The notes under the pieces: model-generated
Told to the model about the DNA's origin: nothing
Databases searched by the model: none
What the model saw: the letters and a program-made list of their open reading frames with translations, nothing else
Program-made: the position numbers and the translations under genes
DNA from: Clostridia bacterium
Lineage (GTDB): Bacteria > Bacillota > Clostridia > Christensenellales > UBA1242
Length of the DNA stretch: 64,000 nt
Direction of reading: 5' to 3'
NCBI GenBank assembly: GCA_017501645.1
Contig: JAFVWN010000025.1
Location: forward strand, 438 to 64,437
Shown here: positions 23,101 to 38,100 of the stretch, one piece after another
Layout: every line of letters starts with the position of its first letter
Numbering within the stretch: the stretch's first letter is position 1

Positions 23101-26100
23101 ACTTATTACGATAAGCTTCCAACAGATCTTGATAGAAATGGTTATACACTTGATGGTTGGTACTATGTTGATGCAGCTACTCTTAAGAGTGCTATTCCAA
23201 CAAACGGTGTTAAGGTTAACGAAACAACAACTCTTGATACAGCTGATGACTTAGTTCTATTTGCTATTTGGGATGCAGAAGAGACAACTGTTTATAAGAT
23301 TAACCACTACACTCAAGGTACTGATGGTATATTCAACTTCAAAGAGACAACAACTCACGCAGGAATGACTGATACAACTGCTACAGTAGTTCCATTAACA
23401 ATCAGTGGTTTCTCTTATGATGAGACTGTTGAAGGTACTGTAAAAGACCTTACAATCCATGGTGATGGTACTACAGTTCTTAAACTTTACTATGTAAGAC
23501 AAGAGTACAAAGTAACTCGTGATGGTAGCGACCTTGGTACATACAAGTTCGGTACTGAAGTTTCTAAGACTCTTCCTACAAGAACAGGTTATACATTCAA
23601 AGATTTCACAATTGTGTTATCTACTGAAGGTTTAACATTAACTATCAACTATGATAAAACAGCTGGTACATTCACATTCAATATGCCAGCATCTAATGTA
23701 ACTCTTACATCTAACTATGATGAAAACACTTACTTCGTTGTATTCAACGGAAACGGTGCTACAGATGGTTCAATGGATAATCAAGAGTTCAAATACACTG
23801 AATCAAAAGCGTTAACTCGTAATGCTTATGAAAGAAGTGGTTACACATTTGGTGGCTGGGCTCTTACAGCTGACGGTGAACAAAAGTACACTGATGGTGC
23901 TACAGTTCAAAGTCTTGCTTCTGGCCAAGGTGATGAGTTTGAAATCTTCGCTACTTGGATTCCTAAATCATTCAACATTACTTTCCATGGTAATGGTGGA
24001 ACATCTAGTGGAGCTTCAAGTTATAGTGATGACTACACATTTGCAAGTAATGAAACTCTTGCGGTAAATACTTTCGGTAAAACTGGTTACACATTCCAAG
24101 GTTGGGATACTGCTGAAGCTGGTACTGAAGTTAAGTATGCTGACAGAGATGTTGTAAGCAAGATTACAACTTACCAAGCAACAATGTCATTATATGCAGT
24201 TTGGAAAGCTAACCAATACACAGTTGTTTACTCAGGTAATGGTGCAACTTCTGGTGAAATGCCAAACAGTGTATTCACATATGACACTCCTGCAAACTTA
24301 AGCCTTAACAAATATGTTAAAACTGGTTATACATTCCAAGGTTGGTCTTTAACTGAGGGTGGTAGCGTTGCATACAGCAATGGTGGTACAGTTTCTACAC
24401 TTGCTCCAAGCGGTATCGTTACACTTCACGCAGTTTGGGCAGCTGATGATGATATTAAGTACACAATTAACTACTATCTACAAGATATGAATGCAAGTGG
24501 TACAGCTCTTGTTGACACTTACACATTCTTCGATAGCGAAACTCTTCTTGATGGTGTTGCAAACGGTACAATCAATGCTAGAGAAAAATCAATTCACTTA
24601 GCATTATCAAGTTCAGTTTATGTATCATTGGTTGACGGATTAATTTATGATTCTGCTAAGACAGAAGCAATTAATAAATTCGAAACAACAAACCTTGACC
24701 CAAGTGGTGCTCAAGTCTTTGAAATTTACTTCACAAGACAATCTTACACAGTAACATATGCTGGTAACCAAAATACTACTGGTTCTATGGCAGTTGAAAC
24801 ATACTACTATGAAGCAGAGTTCCAAGTTAAAGCAAATGGTTTTGTAAGAAATGGTTACACATTCTCTACATGGAATGATGGTACAAATGATATTGCTGTA
24901 GGTTCTAACTATAAAGTTGAAACTGCAAACATTATCTTCACTGCTAAATGGAATGTTAATAAGTACAAAGTTATCTATAACCAAGGTAATGGTACTGGTG
25001 CTATTGAATCTCAAGAATTTGCATTCAACGATTCAGCCGTTCAATTATCTAATGGTACAGGAATGGTTAGACCTGGTTACACATTCATTGGCTGGTCTAT
25101 TGATAACAACCTAACAGTTGAGCTTGCTCATACAACTACTCACACAGGTGAAAACATTGTTACAACTGCTGGTGTAGCTGTTCCATATGCTCCAACTGAT
25201 ATCACTTTATATGCTGTATTTGAGGCTAACAAGAATACTCAATATAAAGTTGAACACTATCAACAAAATGTAAGTGATTTATCTCAATACACATTAATTG
25301 AGAAAGACACTCAAACATTAACAGGTACAACTGATACTCTTACAAATGCTACTGCAAAAACTTATACTGGTTTTGAAGCAAAAGCATTTGCACAAGCTAA
25401 TATCAGTGGTGAAACTACAACTGTTATTAAGATTTACTATGATAGACTTTCATACAATTTAACAATTACTATGAGTGCTAAAGGTATTAAATCTATTACA
25501 GCTAGTGGTTCTAGAACTGAAGAAACAGCAACAAGCGGAACATTCAGTGTTCTTTACGGAAGTTCTGTAACAGTTACTGCAGTTCTTAGCAAAGGTTACA
25601 TCTTCAATGGTTGGTATGAAGGTGAAACTAAAGTAAGCACAGATGAAAATCTTGTTTACACAATTGAAGAAATGGGTGCTAGTGATGTTACATTAATGGC
25701 AAAAGCTACTCCTATTACATTCGCAATTATCTTAGATGCTAATAACGGTACTCCAATTGATGGTGTAAGCGCTAATACATCTATGACATATGATGCTGAA
25801 TCAACTCTTGTTCAAGCATTTGAAAGAGATGGTTACAGCTTCGAAGGTTATAGCTTAACAAAGACTGCTACAACTGGTGAGTTTAAAGTTGGTACAGTAA
25901 GTGTTGCTCAAGTTAACACATTATTCGACAACTATAACGAAACAGATGAAGCTACAACAATTTATGCTATCTGGGATGCTAACACATATACTCTCACTTA
26001 TGATGCAGGTGATGGTGCTGAAGGCGACCTAGAGACAACTGTTGACTTTGATCAAACTATAGCAATCCACACAGCTGTTTCTAAGACAGGTTACACATTC

Positions 26101-29100
26101 AAGGGTTGGAGCAAAGATGGTTCTACTGTAATTGCTACAATCACTGGTTCTATGACTGGTGAAGCTCTTGTTAAAGCTTATGGAATTTCTGCACCATATG
26201 CTGAAACTGAAGTAATCGCTCTTGTAGCTGTTTGGGAAGCAAACAAAGATACTAAGTACACAATTAAGTACTATCAACAAAACACAGCTCTTTCAACAGA
26301 CCTTAAAGATTATGTTGAAGTAACAGCTGACAGAAAAGTTCTTTCTGGTGAAACTGATACAGCTATTGGAACAGTTACTCCAGGTATTGATTACAATGGA
26401 TTTGTAACTCCTGCTGCTAAAGATGGTGGAACAATCGCTGCTGATGGTTCAACAGTAATAGAATTCTACTATGCAAGAAGAACATTAACTGTTACATTTG
26501 ATAGTAACGCTAATAGTGTAACTCCACAACCAACAATCGCTGGTTCAATGGAGAACAAGACATATACTTACGGAACAACTGCTAAGCTTGAAAACAACGG
26601 ATATACTGCTACTTATATTGATGGAAACAGCAATACAGTAACATATAGCTTCGTTGGTTGGGCAACTACAAATGGCGGTTCTGTAACATATGCAAACCTT
26701 GCAGATATCGATAAGATTGTTGTTGACTTAAGTGCAACAAACGAAAACGCAACTGCTCTTACAATTACTTTATATGCTGTATGGTCACAAGATAGTGCAT
26801 CTTACACTATTGAGATTATGAAACCAGCAATTGATGCAAACGGTAAATTAATCACAGACAAATATGATGTAGTTGAAAAGGTTATGACAGATGCTGAACC
26901 AAATCAAACAATTACTATCAACCCTGCTGATTATGTAAATGATATAGATACTCTTGGATTTACATATGATGAGTCTAAGACAGGAGTTGCAAACCTCACA
27001 AAGATGGTTGCTGCTGATGGTTCAACTAAGTTCACTATTTATACAACAAGAAATCATTACACTGCAACATTCTATGCTAATAATGGTACAGAAGCAACTG
27101 TTGAGCATATTATCTACTTCGGTGCAAATATTAGAAACACAATTGCGATACGAGACGATAAAGTATTCACATACACTGGACACTACTTCGTAGAGTGGGC
27201 AGTAGGTGTTGATGGAAGTGGTGAATATGTTAACATTTCTAGTATGGATGGTTCTACAGAAACAGTTAAGACAGACTTAAATGTTGAAGCTGTTTGGGCA
27301 CAAAATGCATATAAGATTGTATTTAGTGCTAACCTTGGTACAAACGGTGCAAACTATGATGCTTCTAAAGCAGAAATCAACACTACTTATGAAGAATCAA
27401 TTGATGCTCCGGGTGCTAACTTCTATGTAAGAACTGGACATAAACAAGCTAACTGGATTTATGGACCAAGTCAAACTCCATTCACAATTGAAACTGCAGG
27501 TACATCAATTCCTGTTGCAACAATTGTTGATAACTTAGGAATGGCTACAGCAAATCAAACAACTCAAACAATTACAATTTATGCTAATTGGGTTGCTAAT
27601 GAATATACAGTTACTTATAACATCAACACATTAAGTGGTACAGACAAAACTGAAAGTTCAACATTCTCATATGACCCAAGCAACAACGCAACTGTTGTGC
27701 TTGCTGATGCTAACACATTTGAGTATGCTAACTACACACTTGATGGTTGGAAGTTAACAGATACTGATGGTTCATACAACTACAGAGTTGGTGCTACTGT
27801 AAAAGCTAATGAAATTATCGCCGCTGCTGGTATGACTGACACTCCAGGAACAATTAACTTATTTGCTCACTGGACACCAAACGAATATACAATCACTGTT
27901 GAAACACTTCTCAATACTCAAGCAAACACTGTTTGCGGTACTGCTAACATTACTGCAATCAATGGCTCTGCAATTGCAGGAGTTAAATCACAATTAATTG
28001 TATACTCTTCATACAACTATGCTACTAAAGCAGAAACTGTTACTAAGTTTACAATCACATATACAACTTCTACAGGTTATAGCTTTGTTGGTCTATATGC
28101 TAATGAAGTAACAGAAGGCAACAAGATTGCTGATGCTACATCTATTAATATGTATGGTGCTAACACTACAATCTACGCTGTATATGATGCTCTTGAACCA
28201 ACTCTTACACTTTCAGCTACTGACGCATCAGTAAATGCAAGTGAATGGGCTGGAATTAAGGGTGTAGCAGATCACGGATTTACATTAAGTGGAAAGACTG
28301 CTAGTAAGACTGTAACATTCGATACATCTTATGGCACTCTACCATCACCAACAAGAGATGGTTATAGCTTCGCTGGTTGGTTCAATGGTGAAACTGAAAT
28401 CAAGACTGATGACACTGTTAAGATTGTTGACGACACAACATTCGTAGCTAAGTGGGTTGCTAACACATACAACATTGTATTCAAAGCAGGCACAGGCGCT
28501 ACAGGTAATGATGTTACTGTATCTGGTAGATATGATGGTACAATCACAACTCCAGGTAATGTATTTGCTAAGACAGGTTATACATTAGTTGGTTATAAAC
28601 ACAATGACGCTGGTACTGAAGCTACTTACGGTGTTGGTACTACAGCTAGTGTTACAGAAATAGCTAACACAGCACATAAGACAACTGCTAGTGCTGAAGC
28701 TATTGAAATTATCTTATTTGCTCACTACACTGCAAATACTTATACTGTTAAGTTCGATAAGAACAACGGTACAATTGTTTACAAAGGAAGCTATACTGAG
28801 ACATACGAAGCAACTTACGACAAACCAATCGTTCTTAATGTTATGATTGATAGCGTTGTTCGTGCTGGTTATGACTTCGCTGGCTTCAAAGTAAGCACAA
28901 CTGGTGCAACTCTTCAACTTACTGAAGCATTACAAAATGTTGCAACAGAACAAGATGCAGTTGTTACATTAACTGCTCAATGGGCTAGACACTCTAACTA
29001 CACATTAACACTCGAATCTAACAATACTGTTGGCGGAAGTGTTGTAGTAAGCGGTACTGACCCAGAAAGCGCAACAGCTACTAAACTTGCATTCGAACAA

Positions 29101-32100
29101 GAGTTTACAGCAATTGCTAGACCAAATGCTGGATACCACTTCGTTGCTTGGTATAAAGGATCTGTTGCAGAAGCTAATAAGATTACAGGTGCTAACGCAA
29201 CATACACTGCAACAATGCCTGCACTTGCTACAAATGATGGCACTTACAAGCTAATTGCAGACTTTGAGAAAGACACCTACACAATTAATATTGTTAATAA
29301 GGTATTTATTAATAATAATGAAGCTACTGATAAGCTTTCAAGCTTCTCTGTAACTGTAAATAACAATAAACCTATCTTCGAAGAAAATATCACATTCAGT
29401 GTTGTTTCTAAGGCAGATGGTTACAAATTAACTGGCTACTACACAGATGTTGCTTGCACAGCTAATAAGATTGCTGATGTTGATGGTGCATATATAGTTG
29501 CTGCTCAAGCTTCTAATAACGCAACAATCAATGTATACGCAAGATTTGATGCTATCACTTATACAGTTGAGTTCGCTGTACTTGAAGGTCAAGGTTCAAT
29601 AACTGGTACAACTTCATTCACAGCCACTTATGATGTTGAATACTCTGCAGGTGATTACATTACTGGTGCTACAAGAACTGGTTATGCATTCGCTGGTTGG
29701 AAGGTTGACGCTAATACTACTATCACTGATGGTAAGATTAAGAACTTAACAACTGCAGAAGAAACAGTAACATTAACTGCTGTTTGGACAGCTAATAAAT
29801 ATACAGTTAACTTCAATTCAAATAAACCTACAACTGCTACTAACACAGTTACAGGTACAATGAACGCACAAGAGTTCGAATATGAAGTTGAAGAAGCTAT
29901 TAATACCAACACATTCAAATTGACTGGTTGGACATTCGATAGTTGGAACACAAATGCAAACGGTTCTGGTACTAAGTTTGCTGATGGTGCTAAGCTTTCA
30001 ACACTTATCACTTCTGGTTCAACTACATTATATGCACAATGGACTGTTAATAAATATAATGTAACTCTTTATAACAACCATAGTGCTACAGACTCAACAG
30101 TATTCAAGACTATTGAGCAAACATTTGATTCTAAGTATGTTCTTGAAGATACAACTAGAGAAGGTTATACATTCAACGGTTGGTTCACTTCTAGAACTGG
30201 TGGAACTCAAGTAACTGAAGAAACAATGGTAAGCACTGCTGATGACCACGACTTGTTTGCACAATGGACAGTAAATAGTTACAACTTAACTGTTCACATC
30301 TACACTCAAGTTGGTTCAAACACTGCTGAGAAGGAAACAACTGGCGGTTCAGTTAAGGCTGCAACAACTGTTAACTTCGGTACAACTACACAAATGACTG
30401 CGACAGCATCTACTGGTTATTCATTTGCTGGTTGGTATGTTGGTGATGGTGTAACAACTGCGTTCACTGATGTTAACACAACTAACCCAATTGAAACAGC
30501 TCCAATGGTTACTGCTGGTCTTGTGTATACAGCTCTATTCACAGCAAACACTTATACAATTGAGTTCGCTGAGAACGGAGGTACATTCACATTTGCTACT
30601 GGTGCTACTAACACATATACAGCAACTTACAGTGTTTCTGTAAATGTAAGTGACATCATTACAGATGCTACAAGAGCTGGTTATGACTTTGCTAACTTCT
30701 TAGGAAGTGATGGAAAGACATACACATTAGAGTCAGTTCTTCTTAACTTAGCTTCTGCACAAGGTGCTAAAGTTACATTAACTGCAGGATGGGATATCCA
30801 CTCTAACTACACCTTAGGCGTTGCTGTAGACCCTACAGGTAGTGGTACAGCTGAAATTACAGCTACAACAGGAACAATTGCTGGAAATAAGATTTCTGCA
30901 ACTGGCGTAACATACAACAGTGATGTAACAGTTAAGGCTACTGCTAATGCTGGTTACCACTTCGTTGGTTGGTACGATGGTGATACTCAAAAATCTACTT
31001 CTGCAACTTACAACTTCAAGATGCCAGCACTTAGTGCAAACAATGGTGCTTACAACTTAGTTGCTAGGTTTGAAAAGAATGGATACAAATTATCTGTAAA
31101 TGCTAAGACATATATTGATGGTGCTGAAAGTTCTACTTATGTTGGTGGTACAGTAAGTGCTAACAAGACTGATGTTGTACTTGGTGATGTAGTAACTCTT
31201 ACAGCTACTGAAAAAGCAGGTTATACATTTACAGGTTGGTTCACTGACCCAGCTTGCTCAAAGGCTATTGATGGTAATACATACACAATCCCTGCATCTG
31301 GTGATGAAGGTTCAACTGTTTCATTATATGCTAAGTTTGTTGCTAACACTTACACAGTAACATATCACGCAAATAATGGTACTGATGCAACTTCTACATC
31401 AACATTTGTTTATAACAAAGCAGGTTCATTAACTGCAAACACTTATACACTTCAAGGTTACTACTTCACTGGTTGGTCAACTGTTGAAGATGGCACAAAG
31501 GTTTACAATGATAAACACGCTATCTCTGCAGATGCTCCACTTGCAGAAGAAGGAAATGTTGACTTATATGCTGTTTGGGAAGTTAATAAGTATTCAATTT
31601 ACTTTGGTACAAATGATGCTACTCCAACTGAAGGTTCTTACACTGACAATATCGTAACTGACAACGGTAACGATCAATACAAGAAAGGACATCATATCAC
31701 TTCTTGGAATGCCCTTGAAGATGGTTCTGGAAAGACATTTGAACTAAGCACTCAAGTTTCTGTTAAAGAAATTGCTGATGCTGTTGGTATGAGTAATGGT
31801 AATGCTTCTAAGCAAGAAATCATTCTTTACCCAGTATTCGTAGCAAACACTTATACATTGATTTACAACTCTAACTATCCAACAGACCCAGAAACAAAGA
31901 CAAATGCAACAAAGACTGGTGCAACTATCATATATACAGCTAATGCTAATACAAACACAACTCTTGAAACTGCTGTAGGTGCTGGTTTCGCTTACGAAGG
32001 TTCATCTCTTGATAGCTGGAAGATTTCAGGTACAGAAGCAACTTACCCAGTAGGCTCTGCTCAATCTGTTCTTGCAATTATCGAAGCTGCTAATGTTGTT

Positions 32101-35100
32101 GATACAAACGAGGCTGAAATCAATCTTGACGCTATTTGGTCTTACATTGACTATACATTAACAGTTACAAATGTATATGTTGGTGCACAAAATGCAACAA
32201 CACTTGCAGCTGCTGTAACTGGTGATGTAGGTGGTACAAGCACAGGTTCTGGTACTTATAGAAATATAGATACTGCAACATTAACTGCTACACCTAAGAC
32301 TGGATACACATTCATTGGTTGGTTCAATACTGCTAATGACGAAAAACTTTCTGCAGGTACTGGCGCTAACAACTCATTCGAGTACGATATGCCAGCTGCA
32401 AATGTAGCAATCTATGCTAAATTCCAAATCAATACTTACACTCTCACAATCAATACATATACTAAGTATGGTACTGAAACTGACAAGGCAAGTGTTGAAG
32501 GCGGAACAATCTCTTCTGGTCTAGTAACTCTCACTCGTAACGAAAATGTTTACACTGCTGATATTTACTATGGCAAGACAGTTAACCTAACAGCTAACAC
32601 TGTATCAGGTTACACATTCGCTGGTTGGTTCAAAGCTTCTACTGCAACTGGTGAGGGAGATACAACTTCTCCAATCACAACAGATGCAATGGTTGTTGGC
32701 GGATTAACATACAGCGCACTCTTTACAGCTAATGAATATGATGTGAAGATTTACACTTATGTACAAGTCGGTGGTAATGCTGCTGTTGAAAGTGCTATTG
32801 GTGGTACAGCTACAGGTGCTGGCAAAGTAATTCTTACTAAGACAACACAAATGACTGCTTCTGCTAATGACGGATTCACATTCGCTGGTTGGTACAAAGG
32901 AAAGGGCGTAGCTACTGAGTACGCAGACGCAACTCCTGCAACAACTGAAGCAATGACAACTGCAGGTCAAGAGTACACAGCTCTCTTCACTGCTAACTTA
33001 TACACAGTAACAATTAATAGTGCTGTTGGTGGTACTGGTATTATTGGTACAACTGGCACATTAAAAGAAAAATCTTACTACATTGTGACATCAGCTCTTG
33101 CTCCTCAATCTGTAACAGTTACAGCTACTGCTAGTGAAGGTTACACATTTGATGGTTGGAATGATGAATCTGGTGAAGTTGCTGACGAAACTAAGGCAAC
33201 ATACACATTCACAATGCCAGCTAAGAGCATCACATTAACTCCTAAGTTCACAATTAACCAATATGCATTAACTATTAATGTCATGACTCAATTTGGTTCT
33301 CAATACACAACTGAAACCGTTGGTGGTACAGTTACAGGTGCTGGAAACTATGATTATGGTGCTGTTGCTTCAATGGTAGCAACTCCTAATAGTAACTACA
33401 CATTCGTTGGTTGGTACAAGGGAACAACAGTAGATAAGAATAGCTCAGCTTACTCTACATCTGCTGAAGCTAGTGCAGAGGCTATGGGTATTAACGGATT
33501 AACTTATACCGCATTATTCAAAGCTACTGATTACACAGCAACAATCTACTCATACTTAACAACAGGCAATGGCGATCCTGCTCTAACAGCTATGGATGTT
33601 ACAGTAACTAATGCGTTTGCAACAGTTAACAAGTCTACAGCTACTTGGACAACAGAAATCCCATTAACTAAGAGCATTACTCTTAAAGCTGCTGAAAATG
33701 CTAAGTATAGTTTCGCTGGTTGGTATACTGGCAATGGCGTAAGTGGTTCTCCAATTACTACAGAATTAACTTACACACTTGCACAAGCATCAACTAACAC
33801 TAACGAGCAAACAATTACTGCTCACTTCACAGCTAATCAATTTGATGTTGTACTTGCTTTAGGTACAGGCGTTAAATCACTTAGCTACAAACTTGGTGTA
33901 AATGGTGAACAACAAGTTACATCACAAACAACAATCTCTGTTGCTTATGGTGAAACTCTTAAGATTACAGCTGTTAACGAGGCTGGATATCATATCACTT
34001 CATTTACAGCAAACAAGACAATTTCTGGTTTAGGAAATAATGGTGCAACAATCACTTATAACTTAACAGAAGGTGCAACAATCACTGCTAATGCTGAAAG
34101 AGATGTTTATGACATTTTAATCAACACTTACACTGATGGCGTTTCTGCTTCTGCTGGTGGTACAATAAGTGCTACAGTTGCTGGAAAGAATGCAACTATT
34201 ACTTCTGGTAAGATTTCAGGTGTTGTATTTGAACAAGAGGTTGGCTTAACTGCTACAGCAAATGCTGGATACCACTTCGTTGGATTCTTCACAGATGCTG
34301 ACTTAACTGACTCTCGTGATGTTCCATTCAATATGCCTGCTCTTGCAAACAATGGAGATACTTATACAATTTATGCTTCATTTGAAACTAATACTTACAA
34401 CCTAACTGTTGAAAGCTATACTAATGGTGTTGCTTCTACAGACGGTGGTAATGTAACTGGCAACAAGTCAAATGTTGTTGAAGGTACAAGTGTTACAGTA
34501 TCTGCTACACCTAGCGTTGGTTACCACTTCGTTGGTTGGTATGATACAACAGACTTCGCAAACGCATCTGCTAAGTCAACAAGTACTTCATACACATTCA
34601 CTCTTGACAATAAGTTAACAAATAACGAGCATAATAAGACATATACTCTATATGCAAACTTCCAAGTTAATAAGTATATCATTTCTGTAAATGCAAATAC
34701 TGGAGCTCTTGCTCAAGGAACAACTGCAACAAGTGCAGAACTTGCATACACAGATAATTATACAACTCTTTCTACAACATCATTTACTAAGACAGGTTAC
34801 TCACTCGTAGGCTTCGCAACAGCTGCCGCTGGTGATGTTGTTTACGATTGTGCTAAGGCTTACTCAGTTGCTACAATGGCAACAAATGCTAAATCTAATG
34901 CACACTCAAGCTCTACACAAACTATTACTATTTACTGCGTATGGTCTTCTAACTCTTACAACTTCAATGTTGTAGTTTATACAAAGGTTGGAAACTCTAC
35001 TACAGTTAATAATGATGGTGGTAGCGTTACTGCTCCATCAACAATCAAGTTTGACGGAACAGTTACAATGAGCGCTTCTGCAAATAGCGGTTACAAGTTC

Positions 35101-38100
35101 GTAGGCTTCTACACTGATAACACATTTGCTGAATCTTCTAAACTTGCAGGAAATACTTCTGCTAAGTGTACAAGTGTTGACGGATTAACACAATACGCAT
35201 TATTTGAAGCAGAAATGAACACATTGACTGTATACTTACAACCACAAGTTGCAGACCTTGGTGTAACACTTTCTACTGGTAATGCTTCATATACATTTGC
35301 ATATGATAGTGCTAATTACAAATACACAGTTTCAATTCCTACATCTGTATCTCTAAACATCAGCGCTTCTGCTATTGTAGATTACAAGTTTGATGCTTGG
35401 TATACTGGTAACGGTGTTGTATCTGGAAACAAAGTTGACGGAGCAACTCGTGAAGGATTGACAACAACTAAGATGACTGCTGGTGGTTTAACATATACAT
35501 TAAGTTATGTTTCTAAGACATACAACCTTGTATACAACCTAGACTACTCAGTAGTAGACAATAAGAGTGAAGGTACATTAACTGATGCTCTTGAGCCAAT
35601 TACACTTTCATCTAAGATGAATAACACTGCTGTAACTTACACTCTAAACGGTGACGCATTCAAAACAGCATTAACTGCTAAGGGATTAGCTCTTGCAGGT
35701 TGGAAAGTTGCAAATACTGGTGCTTCTGCTGACTACTCAGCTAACCAAAGCGGACTTAGCGCATCTAGTCTAGCTGAAAAAGCTGGTGTTCGTGGAACTG
35801 ACGGTGCTACAATCAACTTATATGCAGTTCTTGAATCAAAGACAGTAGATATCGCAGTTGATTCTAACAATACAACTGCTGGTACAGCTAAGATTACTTA
35901 TGTTGAGGGCGGTGCAGTATCTCTTAACAGTGTGAACACAGAAATTTACACAATTGACACTGCAACAAACACTGCTACAGCTAATACATTCAAAGCATTA
36001 GCAACAGTAAACAGTGGTTACCACTTCGCAGAATGGTCTTCAAGCGACACAACTCTTGAAATCAACAAAGCAATTGAGGTTTCAGGAAACAGCTACACAG
36101 CTAGCTTCACAATTAATAGTTATGACATTTCATTCAGCGTTGTAACTTATAAGAATGCGACTGAAACAGACGCAACAAATGTTGGTGGTACAATTACTCC
36201 TAACACATCTGGTTCTTATAACTACAAAGCAGAAATTGAATTAGTAGCAACACAAAATACTGGCTATACATTTATGGGTTGGTTCACAAATGCTAACTGT
36301 ACAACTTCAGCTGAAGTTACTACAACAGCAAGTGGCAACACTCATACAGGTACATACACTGTTCCAGTAGCTGGTGACAATGGTGCAGACATTAGCCTAT
36401 TTGCTAAGTTTGTTGCAAACACTTACGAGATTACATTCTCTGCAGTAGATGCTACATCTTGGACAAATACTACAGGATTTGATGCTGTAACTGGTGGCTA
36501 CAAGAAGACATACTATTACAACAGTGCTCTTGATGGCACTCTTCCTACACCTACTAGAACAGGACACGCATTTGACGGCTGGTTCACTTCTGCAACTGGC
36601 GGTACAAAAGTAAATGGTGGAGACATTGTTAAAGTAACAACAAACACTACTTACTATGCACAATGGACTGTAACAAACTTTAATGTAACATTAATTGCTT
36701 ACACTAAGAACTATGCAGGTGAAATCACACAATCTACTGATGGTTGTCAAACATTAACTGGTGGTCAAGGTTACGACTTCGGTACATCTGTTACTGTAAG
36801 TGCTGTAGCTAAGGCTGGTTACTCATTCGGCGGTTGGTTCGAAGGAACAGACTTCACTGGTACTCCAGTAGAAGATGCAACTTCTTACACATTTGTAATG
36901 CCTGCTAAGGATGTAACAATCAACGCATTGTTTACAATCAATCAATACAATGTTACTGTAAAAGCTAGATATCAAGGTGCTACAGACGCAACAACACTTG
37001 CAAATCTTGCAGATGATACTACTGGTATTGCTTACAAGACTTTAACAGGTGCTGGAAAATACTTCTTTGGTACAGCGGTAACATTAGTTGCTTCAGCTAA
37101 CGCTAATTACTCATTTGTTGGTTGGTATACAGATGAAGCTTGCACAACTGAACTTAACCTAAATGGTAGTGCAGACGCAACTTCAACTTCATACGCATTC
37201 AATATGACTTCAGTAGACCAAACTATCTATGCGAAGTTTGTAATTAACCGTGTTGAGGTTACTGTAGGTGCTTACTATAAAGTAGCTACAAACAATGTTC
37301 TTGGAAATGCTCAATCTGGTGAAGATATGGGTACTGCAAGAATTAATAAAGTTCTCACTTCTAGTGATGTAACAAATACAGCAACTGCTACAAATGTTGC
37401 TTCTGGTTACATCCTATACGGAACAAGCACTGCAATTACATTAATTGCTAAGACAGTAAGCGGAGTTCCTTATGTAGGTACTTGGCACACAGATACTACA
37501 TTTGCTACAACAACAGATGCAACAGTATCTAGCTCTAAGGTTTCAGCATACGCATTATTCATTCCTGCAGCATATACATTATCTGCTGAGGTATATGGAT
37601 TATCTGCTACAGATGCTGGTACATTAAGTACAACTCTTGCTGAGAATGTTGGTGGTACTGTAACAGGTGCAGGTTCAACATATCACGGTCAAGCAAGAAC
37701 TCTTACTGCAACTCCAACAACAGGTTATGTATTTGAAGGATGGTACACAAATCCTACTTGTACATCAGCTGTTACTACTGGTGTTACAGAAAATACAGTA
37801 GTTGTTACTGTAACAAGCGCAACAACAATCTATGCTAAATTCGTACAAGCACAATACACTTTAACTCTTGCTCCTAGATTCCAAAGTCCTAACGCATCAA
37901 ACGGACTAAATGCTCTAGAAACAGGAACTACAGGTGGTACAGTTGCTATTGTTGATAACGAATACATTACATTCGATAACGAAACATATAAGTACACAGT
38001 TTATCATGGTCAAGAATTTGTAATCTCAGCTACTCCAATAACTGGTTACAGATTTGACGGTTGGTTCTCTAATGATGCTTGTACAACAAGCATAACAGTT

